A stretch of 64,000 nt of DNA, taken from positions 7,173 through 71,172 of IMG/VR virus record IMGVR_UViG_3300042569_002957. One strand, written 5' to 3'. The notes under the pieces are model-generated. The model saw only the letters and a list, made by a program, of their open reading frames with translations. It was not told the DNA's origin and made no database searches. Positions 1 to 8,283 of this stretch are shown here, piece after piece. The position numbers were made by a program, and so were the translations under genes. Source of the stretch: a virus. Lineage: Duplodnaviria; Caudoviricetes. Every line of letters starts with the position of its first letter. The first letter of the stretch is position 1.

Positions 1-837
1 GATAGCGGATCAATCTTAGTCCCTGTAGAAAACAGAGAAGATTTAAATATTAAAAAAATTGATAAAATTATTGATATTCTTTCTAAAAAAGAAGAAAAAA
101 ACATACCTTGGAGATCAGAAAAAATGAATGTACTTATACCTATGGCTGGAGCAGGAAGCAGATTCGAAGCTGCTGGATATACATTTCCTAAGCCTTTAAT
201 AGAGGTAAACGGAAAGCCCATGATCCAGGTTGTTGTAGAGAACTTAAATATTGAAGCGAATTATATTTTTATAGTTCAAAAAGAACATTATGAAAAATAC
301 AATTTACAATATTTACTTAGTCTAATAGCACCAAACTGTAAAATAGTCCAAGTTGAATCCTTAACGCAGGGCGCAGCGTGCACGACGCTCTTGGCTAAAG
401 AGTTTATTGATAATGACAGTCCTTTAGTCATGGCCAATTCAGATCAATTTGTGGAATGGAATAGTAACGAAGCACTTTACGCCTTCAGCGCGGATGGAAT
501 TGATGGTGGAATATTGACTTTTGAAGCTACTCATCCAAAATGGTCGTATGCAAAACTAGGAGATGATGGATTTGTATCAGAAGTTGCAGAGAAAAAACCA
601 ATTAGCAATTTAGCTACTGTTGGTATCTACTTTTGGAACAAGGGGTCGGATTATGTAAAATACGCAGAACAAATGATAGATAAAGACATTAGGACAAACG
701 GAGAATTCTACGTATGTCCAGTATTTAATGAAGCTATATCTGATGGAAAAAAAATTAGAGTAAAAAATATAGAAAAGATGTGGGGTATTGGAACTCCTGA
801 AGATCTAAATTATTTCTTGGAGAACTACAAAAAATGA
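1..837 (+). CDS. Sugar-phosphate nucleotidyltransferase (GT-A/NTP_transferase), 5'-partial; probably the C-terminal half of a fusion protein
   Basis: Frame is open from base 1 through the listed ATG at 124 with no stop. N-terminal motif LIPMAGAGSRF..GYTFPKPLI, plus ANSDQ and EKKPIS are typical of NTP transferases. Confidence 0.85.
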   Translation, partial: DSGSILVPVENREDLNIKKIDKIIDILSKKEEKNIPWRSEKMNVLIPMAGAGSRFEAAGYTFPKPLIEVNGKPMIQVVVENLNIEANYIFIVQKEHYEKYNLQYLLSLIAPNCKIVQVESLTQGAACTTLLAKEFIDNDSPLVMANSDQFVEWNSNEALYAFSADGIDGGILTFEATHPKWSYAKLGDDGFVSEVAEKKPISNLATVGIYFWNKGSDYVKYAEQMIDKDIRTNGEFYVCPVFNEAISDGKKIRVKNIEKMWGIGTPEDLNYFLENYKK

Positions 838-1274
838 AATTAATTGCACATAGAGGAAATTATGTTGGCATCAATAGACATTTGGAGAATAACCCCGAAT
901 ACATTAGGGAGGCTATAGGAAATGGCTACGATGTAGAGATAGATATTAGATTAGTTAATGAAACTTGGTACCTAGGTCATGATGAACCGCAATACGAGAT
1001 TGATATAACCGATTATTTAGACGAAAGATACTGGCTCCACTGCAAAAATTCCGAAGCTTTTGAATCTTTATTCAACAAATATAACGTTGGTAATTTTTTT
1101 TGGCATCAGGAAGATAATTACACGATGACATCGTCAGGTTTAATATGGGCTTATCCTGGCGTTAAAAGATTGGATAACAGCGTTGTCTTATTCCCCAAAT
1201 CTGCAGAAGATGTAATAAATGTATATGGCGTATGCGACAACGACTTTTCAAAGATAAAAACATGGATCTTGTAA
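834..1274 (+). CDS. Glycerophosphodiester phosphodiesterase/PI-PLC-like small TIM-barrel protein
   Basis: IAHRG...N...GYDVEID(I) and LGHD motifs; ATGA overlap with the upstream gene. Confidence 0.7.
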   Translation: MKLIAHRGNYVGINRHLENNPEYIREAIGNGYDVEIDIRLVNETWYLGHDEPQYEIDITDYLDERYWLHCKNSEAFESLFNKYNVGNFFWHQEDNYTMTSSGLIWAYPGVKRLDNSVVLFPKSAEDVINVYGVCDNDFSKIKTWIL

Positions 1275-1897
1275 TTATTGGAGCTGGTGGACATTCTAAA
1301 GATTTAGAATACTTAGCTTATTCTGATAAGTATAATGATTGGAATATCATAGGATATTTAGATGACAATCTATCCTTAAATAATAGCAATATAATCGGCA
1401 ATATATCTATTGTTAATTCCTTATTAGAAAAATATCCTAACTTAAAATATACTATAGCAATTAATTCTTCTAAGATAAGAAAAAATGTAGAATCAAATAT
1501 ACAAAGAATAGATCGAGCAGCAAACCTTATCCATGAAACAGCTGTAATCGGAACCCATTGTCAGTATGGTAACGGGCTAACCATGGGTCCATATTCAGTA
1601 CTGACAACCAAAGTTACGCTTGGTATACACGTGCACATAAATACAGCAGCATCTATAAATCAATCTAGTTCGATAGGAGATTTCTGTACCGTCAGTCCTG
1701 GAGCTAGAATATGTGGAGACGTTAATGTTGGCGCACAAACTTCCATAGGAGCTGGTAGTGTTATTATCAACTTCAAAAATGTAGGTAGCAACTGTACGCT
1801 TGGAGCAGGGACTGTTGTGATAGAAAATGTAAGTGATGGTGCTACTGTAGTCGGAGTTCCAGGAAGAGAAATAAAAAAGTTTGGCGAATATATTTAG
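1262..1897 (+). CDS. Sugar O/N-acetyltransferase, NeuD/PglD family (hexapeptide repeat)
   Basis: LVIIGAGGHSK Rossmann-like start followed by left-handed beta-helix repeats (IG..T.IGAGSVI, LGAGTVV, VVGVP). Start moved to ATG 1262. Confidence 0.85.
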   Translation: MDLVIIGAGGHSKDLEYLAYSDKYNDWNIIGYLDDNLSLNNSNIIGNISIVNSLLEKYPNLKYTIAINSSKIRKNVESNIQRIDRAANLIHETAVIGTHCQYGNGLTMGPYSVLTTKVTLGIHVHINTAASINQSSSIGDFCTVSPGARICGDVNVGAQTSIGAGSVIINFKNVGSNCTLGAGTVVIENVSDGATVVGVPGREIKKFGEYI

Positions 1898-1948
1898 ATT
1901 AAACCCATTACTATACTCCCAGATGTATTGATTATTTAAGGAGTCAAA

Positions 1949-2152
1949 ATGGCCGGTAAAAAGCCCGCAAAGAAAAATGTTTCGAATTCACCTGTAGCTA
2001 CTCTCAAAGTAGAACAACCAGGTAAGCCAATCCTATATGTAGGATTAAAAGGTAAGTCTTTTATTTGCCCCAAGTGCAGTCGAGAACTGCAACGTGGCAT
2101 AGTTTATGAGCATAATAATGAAAAGTTCTGCTCAAGAAACTGCATAGGCTGA
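1949..2152 (+). CDS. Small basic protein with CxxC...CxxxC zinc-binding motif
   Basis: CPKC...FCSRNC; AAGGAG RBS upstream. Confidence 0.65.
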   Translation: MAGKKPAKKNVSNSPVATLKVEQPGKPILYVGLKGKSFICPKCSRELQRGIVYEHNNEKFCSRNCIG

Positions 2153-3550
2153 CTAAAATCTTTTTCTTAGGATTGATAGAGCTGCACCTGCAGTTCTTAG
2201 CATTCTAGATCCTCCAGTACCAGACGCTACATGGGATGAAGCTTCAGTAGAAGCTGCCAATAAACCCCGCGTCGCACCCGAACGCCTGGTAGCTACCCCT
2301 ACTGCTTCTTCTATAGTTTTGGGCATTTCTTTAGAAGCAATCCTTGCTGATATTTTTTCAGGCTCACTGCCAATAGAGAAAGAAGAAACATTTTCAGGGT
2401 CAAATGCAGCCGCTGCAGCCGCTGCCCGGGCTGCCTCTTTTCTAGCTGTTTCGGCAGCTACCTCTGACACAATTTTTGCATCAGAGCTCAAACCTAATCG
2501 TCCATGTTTTCCATATTTTTGTAAAGCTTCATCATATTCAAGAGCATATTTTTCCCCATGTTTTTCTAATATACTTGCCCTAACATCCGCCGTGTGTTTT
2601 TCAAGAAAAGGGAGTTGGGTTTCGTCACCCTTTCCAAAACTAACAGTTGATAAAAGCGCTGCATTAGCATGAATCTCGCCTTTTATTATTGTGTCCATTT
2701 CATCAAAAAACTCTCCTGGTTTGAGGGAGCCTTTGATACTCTCTATTTGTTTCTGCCCATACACGAAATGAAAAGGATTTTCTAGGCCATCAGGACCGCC
2801 GGTTCCAAATGGTTTATAATATCCAGTATTTTTAAAAATAGCTTCAGTTTCCCCTATCTTTGAAATTTCATCTGATTGAAAAATTTTATGATATGAATAA
2901 GTTTCAGCTCTTGATTCTTCCAGGGAATGATTAACCATTTTTGAAATATACCGATCCTGATCTGTCATTGCGCTATTAGATGGATTTACGTATCGTAATT
3001 CCTCATGCATTGGAGCATTGCCTAAGTATAATCCAGAAGTCTTGGAAGCTGTGTGGCCACGTTCATGAAACACGACTTGAGACGATTTATACATTTTGTC
3101 TTCGTTCATAACTGAGGCATTAATCCCAATAAAATCTTGAATTTCTCCGAATCTTAAACTTGTAGGATTTTCTCCCAACAAAGAGGCTGCTCCTTCAAGA
3201 TTTTTATTAGCCCTTATACCAGACATGCTCATGTTACTACCCCTACCTCGTCCTCTAGTAAAGTCTGATCCAACCTTTTCTAGGAACTCTGCTGCAGAGC
3301 TAACGGTAGTGGCACTACGTCTAGATATTACATTTTCATCTACTACCTTACCAATTCCTAATCCACCTAATGTAAAGACTTTTGGTGCAGTATCCTGCAT
3401 TGCCGTTGACATAGTTCTTGATAAAAAATCAAGCTTAGTAGGATCTACAACTGCCCTAGCTTGATCTGTAATATTAAAAATAAAGTCATCAATACTCCTG
3501 GTGATTGGAGTCGTCCCAGGTGAAATGGTTTTTAATATAGGTCTATTCAT
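2153..3550 (-). CDS. Hypothetical protein with zincin-like HExxH motif
   Basis: 465-aa ORF; VVFHERGH followed about 45 aa later by EESRAE. Confidence 0.55.
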   Translation of the reverse strand: MNRPILKTISPGTTPITRSIDDFIFNITDQARAVVDPTKLDFLSRTMSTAMQDTAPKVFTLGGLGIGKVVDENVISRRSATTVSSAAEFLEKVGSDFTRGRGRGSNMSMSGIRANKNLEGAASLLGENPTSLRFGEIQDFIGINASVMNEDKMYKSSQVVFHERGHTASKTSGLYLGNAPMHEELRYVNPSNSAMTDQDRYISKMVNHSLEESRAETYSYHKIFQSDEISKIGETEAIFKNTGYYKPFGTGGPDGLENPFHFVYGQKQIESIKGSLKPGEFFDEMDTIIKGEIHANAALLSTVSFGKGDETQLPFLEKHTADVRASILEKHGEKYALEYDEALQKYGKHGRLGLSSDAKIVSEVAAETARKEAARAAAAAAAFDPENVSSFSIGSEPEKISARIASKEMPKTIEEAVGVATRRSGATRGLLAASTEASSHVASGTGGSRMLRTAGAALSILRKRF

Positions 3551-3614
3551 TGTGCCTCATAAGTTATCAAAACATGCTACTATATATACATAGTAACTAT
3601 CTTTTAGGAGAAAA

Positions 3615-3947
3615 ATGTCAATTTATTGGTTAGCTGAATTTTTAAAAGAAATGGAAAATAAACTTCCTCCGGCAGAACAAGAATATGCCAACGCCCTAAT
3701 AGGTATAGTGGGTAAGTATGGGAAGCTTTCCAACGGTGATGGCAATGGTATCTGGGTAGGATATGTGCCCGGAATCGAAAACGATAATCTATCTATTGGG
3801 GTTAAGTGTGCTAACTGTGCCCTGTATGAAGGTAACGGTGTTTGCAAGATCGTAGCTCAGACAGTAGAAGATAATGGCTATTGTAGATTAGCTGCGATTT
3901 GGGATGGCGCAGTAAAAGATACCATGAAAGATGAAGACAGTGAATAA
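3615..3947 (+). CDS. HiPIP-like 4-Cys (putative 4Fe-4S) protein, copy 1
   Basis: CANC-x8-C-x12-C (NGYC) spacing like small HiPIP/Iro proteins; AGGAG RBS. Confidence 0.6.
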   Translation: MSIYWLAEFLKEMENKLPPAEQEYANALIGIVGKYGKLSNGDGNGIWVGYVPGIENDNLSIGVKCANCALYEGNGVCKIVAQTVEDNGYCRLAAIWDGAVKDTMKDEDSE

Positions 3948-4305
3948 CTATTGGCTATCAGAATATAGTTCTCCAGACGATGAAGAGATGCCTGAAGATG
4001 AAATGCCCGAAGAAGAACCGGAAGACATGGATGATCCGGAAGAAAAACTTAACCCCAGACAAAAGCTAATGTATAGTCATTATGAACATTTGGTTGAGAT
4101 GTTTGGCAAGTTCGATCAGACATCAAAAGCTAACGGAGCACATTATGCTCCGGCAAAGGCTAACCCTTTCATAAAGCAGGGTATGATTTGTTCTAACTGT
4201 GTTTTCTTTATGGGTGGTCAGGGATGTGGAATAGTAGCTGGAAAGATAGAACCCAATGCTGTGTGTAAGTTATGGATTATCCCTGAAGATCTTATCTTAG
4301 GATAA
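3940..4305 (+). CDS. HiPIP-like 4-Cys protein, copy 2, with acidic N-terminal segment
   Basis: CSNCVFF..GQGCGIVAGKIEPNAVCKLW. A GTG start at 3940 gives NNYWLSEY, matching SIYWLAEF of copy 1. Confidence 0.62.
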   Translation: MNNYWLSEYSSPDDEEMPEDEMPEEEPEDMDDPEEKLNPRQKLMYSHYEHLVEMFGKFDQTSKANGAHYAPAKANPFIKQGMICSNCVFFMGGQGCGIVAGKIEPNAVCKLWIIPEDLILG

Positions 4306-4307
4306 GA

Positions 4308-4496
4308 TTAATCAGACTCATCCATTTCCTTTTTGATTACAGCACCAAATAATACTATCACTAAAGTGGCAATGCTGATCTTAATTCCCCATGATTGTAT
4401 ATCGCCAGACAAAGTAATAAGAACTAATATAGTTCCAGCTATTGTCCAAGCCTGCTCATAAAGTGCAGCTATTAATTTAGTTATAAATTTTTTCAT
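4308..4496 (-). CDS. Small two-TM membrane protein
   Basis: Two hydrophobic stretches; GGAG RBS. Confidence 0.6.
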   Translation of the reverse strand: MKKFITKLIAALYEQAWTIAGTILVLITLSGDIQSWGIKISIATLVIVLFGAVIKKEMDESD

Positions 4497-4511
4497 TATA
4501 TCTCCCTGTTG

Positions 4512-7307
4512 TTATCTTCTTCTTGAGGCTCCAGCTACTGGAGCAACAGCAATAACTGCACCAGCAGCTATAACTGCTCTTCTTTGTCCCACATTTATAT
4601 TGGAACCTAATGGCACGTAAGTATTTAAGCTTCCGGAACCAAATATATTTATTTCTTCTTCGAATGAAGAACGGACTTCTGTTGGAGCGTCTTGTACCGC
4701 ACCAATAATCTCCAACGCTTGTTCATCTGTTATATCATCAATGGGAATTTCGGCAAAGATCTCAGCTGCCTGTTCTCCATCGATAGATGATAGTACCTCT
4801 GCACTTGTTGCAATCTCAGTTGCTTGTTCTTCCGTGATTCCATTTTCTATAATTGCATCGACAGCTTCCTGTACTTGCTCATCAGTAACTGTTTCACTAC
4901 TCAACACGTCAACTAGATTTTCAAATTGCTCATCACTCAATGGCTGATCTAAGACGGCATCAATGACTGCAGTAAACTCTTCGTCACTCAGTGGTTCTTC
5001 AAACACGGTATCAAGCACTTCAGCAAACGCTTCATCGCTTAATTCTTCCGCAAACACTTGATCAATAACCTCTGTGAATTGTTCTTCTGATAAATCACCA
5101 GATAATAATTCTGTAGCTGCAGCAACTAACTCTTCTTCGTTATCAGCTGAAGTTAAAATTTCATCTACAGCATTAGCGAATTCTTCTTCAGTTAAATCTC
5201 CAGATAAAATCTCATCCACTTGATCAGATATTTCTTCCGGAACAGTAGTCTCAGGCTCCGGCTCTATAACTTCTGGTTCAGGAATAGTTGTTTCTGGTTC
5301 GGGAACTGTAGTTTCTGGTTCCGGATCAACTGTAGGGGGATCTGTATCTGGAGGAATAACTACAGGAGGAATTGTTTCTGGCTCAGTTGTAGTAGTTATT
5401 TCTGGTTCCGGCTCAGTTGTAGTAGTTGTTTCTGGCTCTGGCTCAGTTGTGGTGGTGTTTTCTGCCTCTGGCTCGGTGGTAGTTGTTGTTTCTGGTTCGG
5501 GCTCGGTGGTAGTTGTTGTGGCGGGGGTTGGATCAAGAACAGTTGCATCAACAGTGACTTCGGGTCCATACACGCATGGACCTACGCCTGCGCTGGAAAA
5601 GCAGCTCTGATTTCCTGCTTTAATGCCAAAGCGAACTGGTCCGTATCCAGTCGTGAGAGGATTGCTACCAGAGAACATCCCAGTGCTTAACAAATAAGTA
5701 GTTCCTTGATTAGTCGATAAACCCCAACCGCCTGAGGTGGTTCCACCAATTTCGTCAAGGTCGTAAAAACTAACTGCATAAGCGTAGATGTCAACATTGC
5801 TTGATGTTGGCGCATCCCAGTCAAGGTTCACGCTTCCATCTGCGTTGGCAACAGCCGTCAGGTTTGTGACGGCATTGAAGTACGGAGGAGGAGTGACAGA
5901 CAGACTCTCCCATGATTGACCATCCGCAGAAGTCATAACTCTGTTGTCTGTTCCAGAGTTTGCTACAGCAACATACTTTCCAGCCCCATAAGCAACCCCT
6001 TGCCACGAGTTATTTGGAACTCCAGAACCTAGCGTCCAGTTCGCACCATCGGTTGAATAAGCGGAGCGGGAATTTAATCCACCTTCCGCTACCGCAATAA
6101 ATTTATCTTCGCCGTAGGTGATGTATTTCCACTGGTTAGATGGAACAAGTCCAGCAGACCAGTTCAATCCATTTATGGAGTAACCGCCGTATCTATTTCC
6201 CGAGTTTGTGCTGTACTCAAGCCACGAGAAACGACCATTACCAAACGCAACTGTTCGGATATCTACAATTGCACCAGGGTTTTGAGTAGACCAGCCAGTA
6301 GTTCCATTGGCGGAAGACCATGCTCTACCAAACTGAGACACAGATACAAACCGTGGAATTGTTGCACTACAGGCAACAGCGTCATGTGACCATCCATAAG
6401 ATGGAGTGCGTAATGTCCATTCAACACCATCTGTGGAAGACATTACATAACTGCTACCCCAAGTTGCGGTAGCAACAAAAAGACCGCCACAGTTCGTGAT
6501 TGCTTGCCACTCGCCAACTGGCGCAGTTCTTGATGTCCAAGTAACTCCATCAGGCGAGGTCATTACAGCATTTGAACCAACCGCAACAAACTGATTGTCG
6601 GCGTAGGTGATCCCCTGCCAGTTACTATCAGAAGCAGACGTTCTTGAGGTCCAATAATTGCCATTTGTTGAAGTCATGACACGGTTGCCATCTCCGGACG
6701 AAGCAACGGCCACAAATTTTCCATCACCGTAAGTCACTGCTTCCCACTGCTGGTCTGCTGGATACCCTGTCGGGACGAAAGCCGCTGGGGTCACTCCTAT
6801 GGAGACATTATCAATACTTGGACCGTAGTGCCCACTCCAAAAACCTTTGTCCATACCACTAAAGGTTATTGTAGCGGTCGTTGCACCTTGCGGAATGGTA
6901 ATGGACAGGCTGAAGTTTTCAAGATCATGAGCAACAGATCTAGTGACTGTGGCTGAGGCGGGAGAAGGCGAATCCGAGGATATCGTTGCTGTCCAGGTGT
7001 CCGATACAACACCTTGGCCTACGCTATTTGTTAGGCTATTGTCAACAGCAAATGAAAGAGTTACAGTATCCCCTGGTGTAACAGTGATAGCTTGGAATAC
7101 TTCGCCGGTCTGATAGGAAAATTGCAAAGCGCCATTGAATAAAACTCCAGAGCCTCCATTTTGGGACACAGTCCATCCAGAGGATCCATTAAAATCCCCG
7201 TTGACTAATAAGTTGCTTGCGTGCGCACTTGATAGCGGCGCAAAAAAGCCAACAATAGCTAGTGATATAGTAGAAAACCTAAATAAGTTACCAATAAAAT
7301 TCCGCAT
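4512..7307 (-). CDS. Large exported/surface protein: signal peptide, jelly-roll (CBM-like) domain, beta-propeller repeats, FN3-like domain, PT/PE linker, acidic helical repeats, C-terminal hydrophobic tail
   Basis: Signal peptide ending in AHA; NLLVNGDF start; repeated W..(V/I).YG.G.FVAV blades; LTAVANADGSVNLDWDAP; TTTTEPEP repeats; ends AGAVIAVAPVAGASRRR. Start moved to ATG 7307 (GGGAG RBS). Confidence 0.7.
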   Translation of the reverse strand: MRNFIGNLFRFSTISLAIVGFFAPLSSAHASNLLVNGDFNGSSGWTVSQNGGSGVLFNGALQFSYQTGEVFQAITVTPGDTVTLSFAVDNSLTNSVGQGVVSDTWTATISSDSPSPASATVTRSVAHDLENFSLSITIPQGATTATITFSGMDKGFWSGHYGPSIDNVSIGVTPAAFVPTGYPADQQWEAVTYGDGKFVAVASSGDGNRVMTSTNGNYWTSRTSASDSNWQGITYADNQFVAVGSNAVMTSPDGVTWTSRTAPVGEWQAITNCGGLFVATATWGSSYVMSSTDGVEWTLRTPSYGWSHDAVACSATIPRFVSVSQFGRAWSSANGTTGWSTQNPGAIVDIRTVAFGNGRFSWLEYSTNSGNRYGGYSINGLNWSAGLVPSNQWKYITYGEDKFIAVAEGGLNSRSAYSTDGANWTLGSGVPNNSWQGVAYGAGKYVAVANSGTDNRVMTSADGQSWESLSVTPPPYFNAVTNLTAVANADGSVNLDWDAPTSSNVDIYAYAVSFYDLDEIGGTTSGGWGLSTNQGTTYLLSTGMFSGSNPLTTGYGPVRFGIKAGNQSCFSSAGVGPCVYGPEVTVDATVLDPTPATTTTTEPEPETTTTTEPEAENTTTTEPEPETTTTTEPEPEITTTTEPETIPPVVIPPDTDPPTVDPEPETTVPEPETTIPEPEVIEPEPETTVPEEISDQVDEILSGDLTEEEFANAVDEILTSADNEEELVAAATELLSGDLSEEQFTEVIDQVFAEELSDEAFAEVLDTVFEEPLSDEEFTAVIDAVLDQPLSDEQFENLVDVLSSETVTDEQVQEAVDAIIENGITEEQATEIATSAEVLSSIDGEQAAEIFAEIPIDDITDEQALEIIGAVQDAPTEVRSSFEEEINIFGSGSLNTYVPLGSNINVGQRRAVIAAGAVIAVAPVAGASRRR

Positions 7308-7370
7308 GATAAAGACTCCCATCCTCGATAAAATAGTAAGACTAAAGTCCTTAAATAAGAGTAAGGATTA

Positions 7371-7398
7371 TTGACACATTGCAAATTAATGTGATAAT
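7371..7398 (+). promoter_or_regulatory. Sigma70/SigA-type promoter upstream of GT2
   Basis: TTGACA-16 nt-GATAAT with an extended -10 TG. Confidence 0.6.
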
Positions 7399-7431
7399 AT
7401 ATACATATATTTTATTGATACTGAGGCTTAA

Positions 7432-8229
7432 ATGATTTCTATTTGTACACCAACTTATAATACTGATCCAAGTATTCTAGCTAGAACTTGGGCAAGTCTT
7501 AAATCTCAGACCTATACCAATTGGGAGTGGGTCGTTTGGGACGACTCTACCAATAATGATACATGGAGTCAAATTTATGGTTTAGCATCTGATGAAAGAT
7601 TCAGACTGATGGCGCATAAATCACACGTCCATTCCGGAAGTATTGGCAGAGTTAAACGTCAGTGCATGATGGCAGCCGAAGGGGATATTTTATTAGAGTT
7701 AGACCACGATGATGAACTAATGCCCGACGCACTGCAATTAATTGCAGATGCGTTCTCTGATCCTGAAGTTGGATTTGTTTATTCTGATTGGTGTGAAATT
7801 TTACCTGATGGTCAATCCGGAAGATATCCAGACGGTTGGGCTTTTGGTTACGGTTCAGATTACTGGGACGAAGAGCATCAAGTCTGGACAATGCGTGCTC
7901 CAGAAGTCAATCCCACTACTATTAGACATATCGTTTCGGCACCTAATCATGTACGCGCATGGCGAGCTAGTGTCTATAGGGAATTAAATGGGCATGATCC
8001 TCGTTTTACTGTAGCAGATGATTTTGATTTAGTTGTTAGAACTTTTTTAATTACTAAATTTAATTATATTCCCAAGATGATTTACAAGCAACACATTGGT
8101 CCTTCTACAGCACAGCGTACACGCAACGCCTTGATCCAACACAACGTTGCAGAAATCGCAGCTAAATATGATAATTTGATTACTAAACGTTTTGAAGATT
8201 TGGAATCTTGTTCTGGCACAACAGAATAA
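7432..8229 (+). CDS. Glycosyltransferase family 2
   Basis: ISICTPTYN, WEWVVWDDST, LLELDHDD (DxD), VYSD, ADDFDL motifs. Confidence 0.9.
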   Translation: MISICTPTYNTDPSILARTWASLKSQTYTNWEWVVWDDSTNNDTWSQIYGLASDERFRLMAHKSHVHSGSIGRVKRQCMMAAEGDILLELDHDDELMPDALQLIADAFSDPEVGFVYSDWCEILPDGQSGRYPDGWAFGYGSDYWDEEHQVWTMRAPEVNPTTIRHIVSAPNHVRAWRASVYRELNGHDPRFTVADDFDLVVRTFLITKFNYIPKMIYKQHIGPSTAQRTRNALIQHNVAEIAAKYDNLITKRFEDLESCSGTTE

Positions 8230-8283
8230 AAAATGTTACTATTAACATAAGCGCTTATTTTATATTCCTATAGAGGTTTTTAC

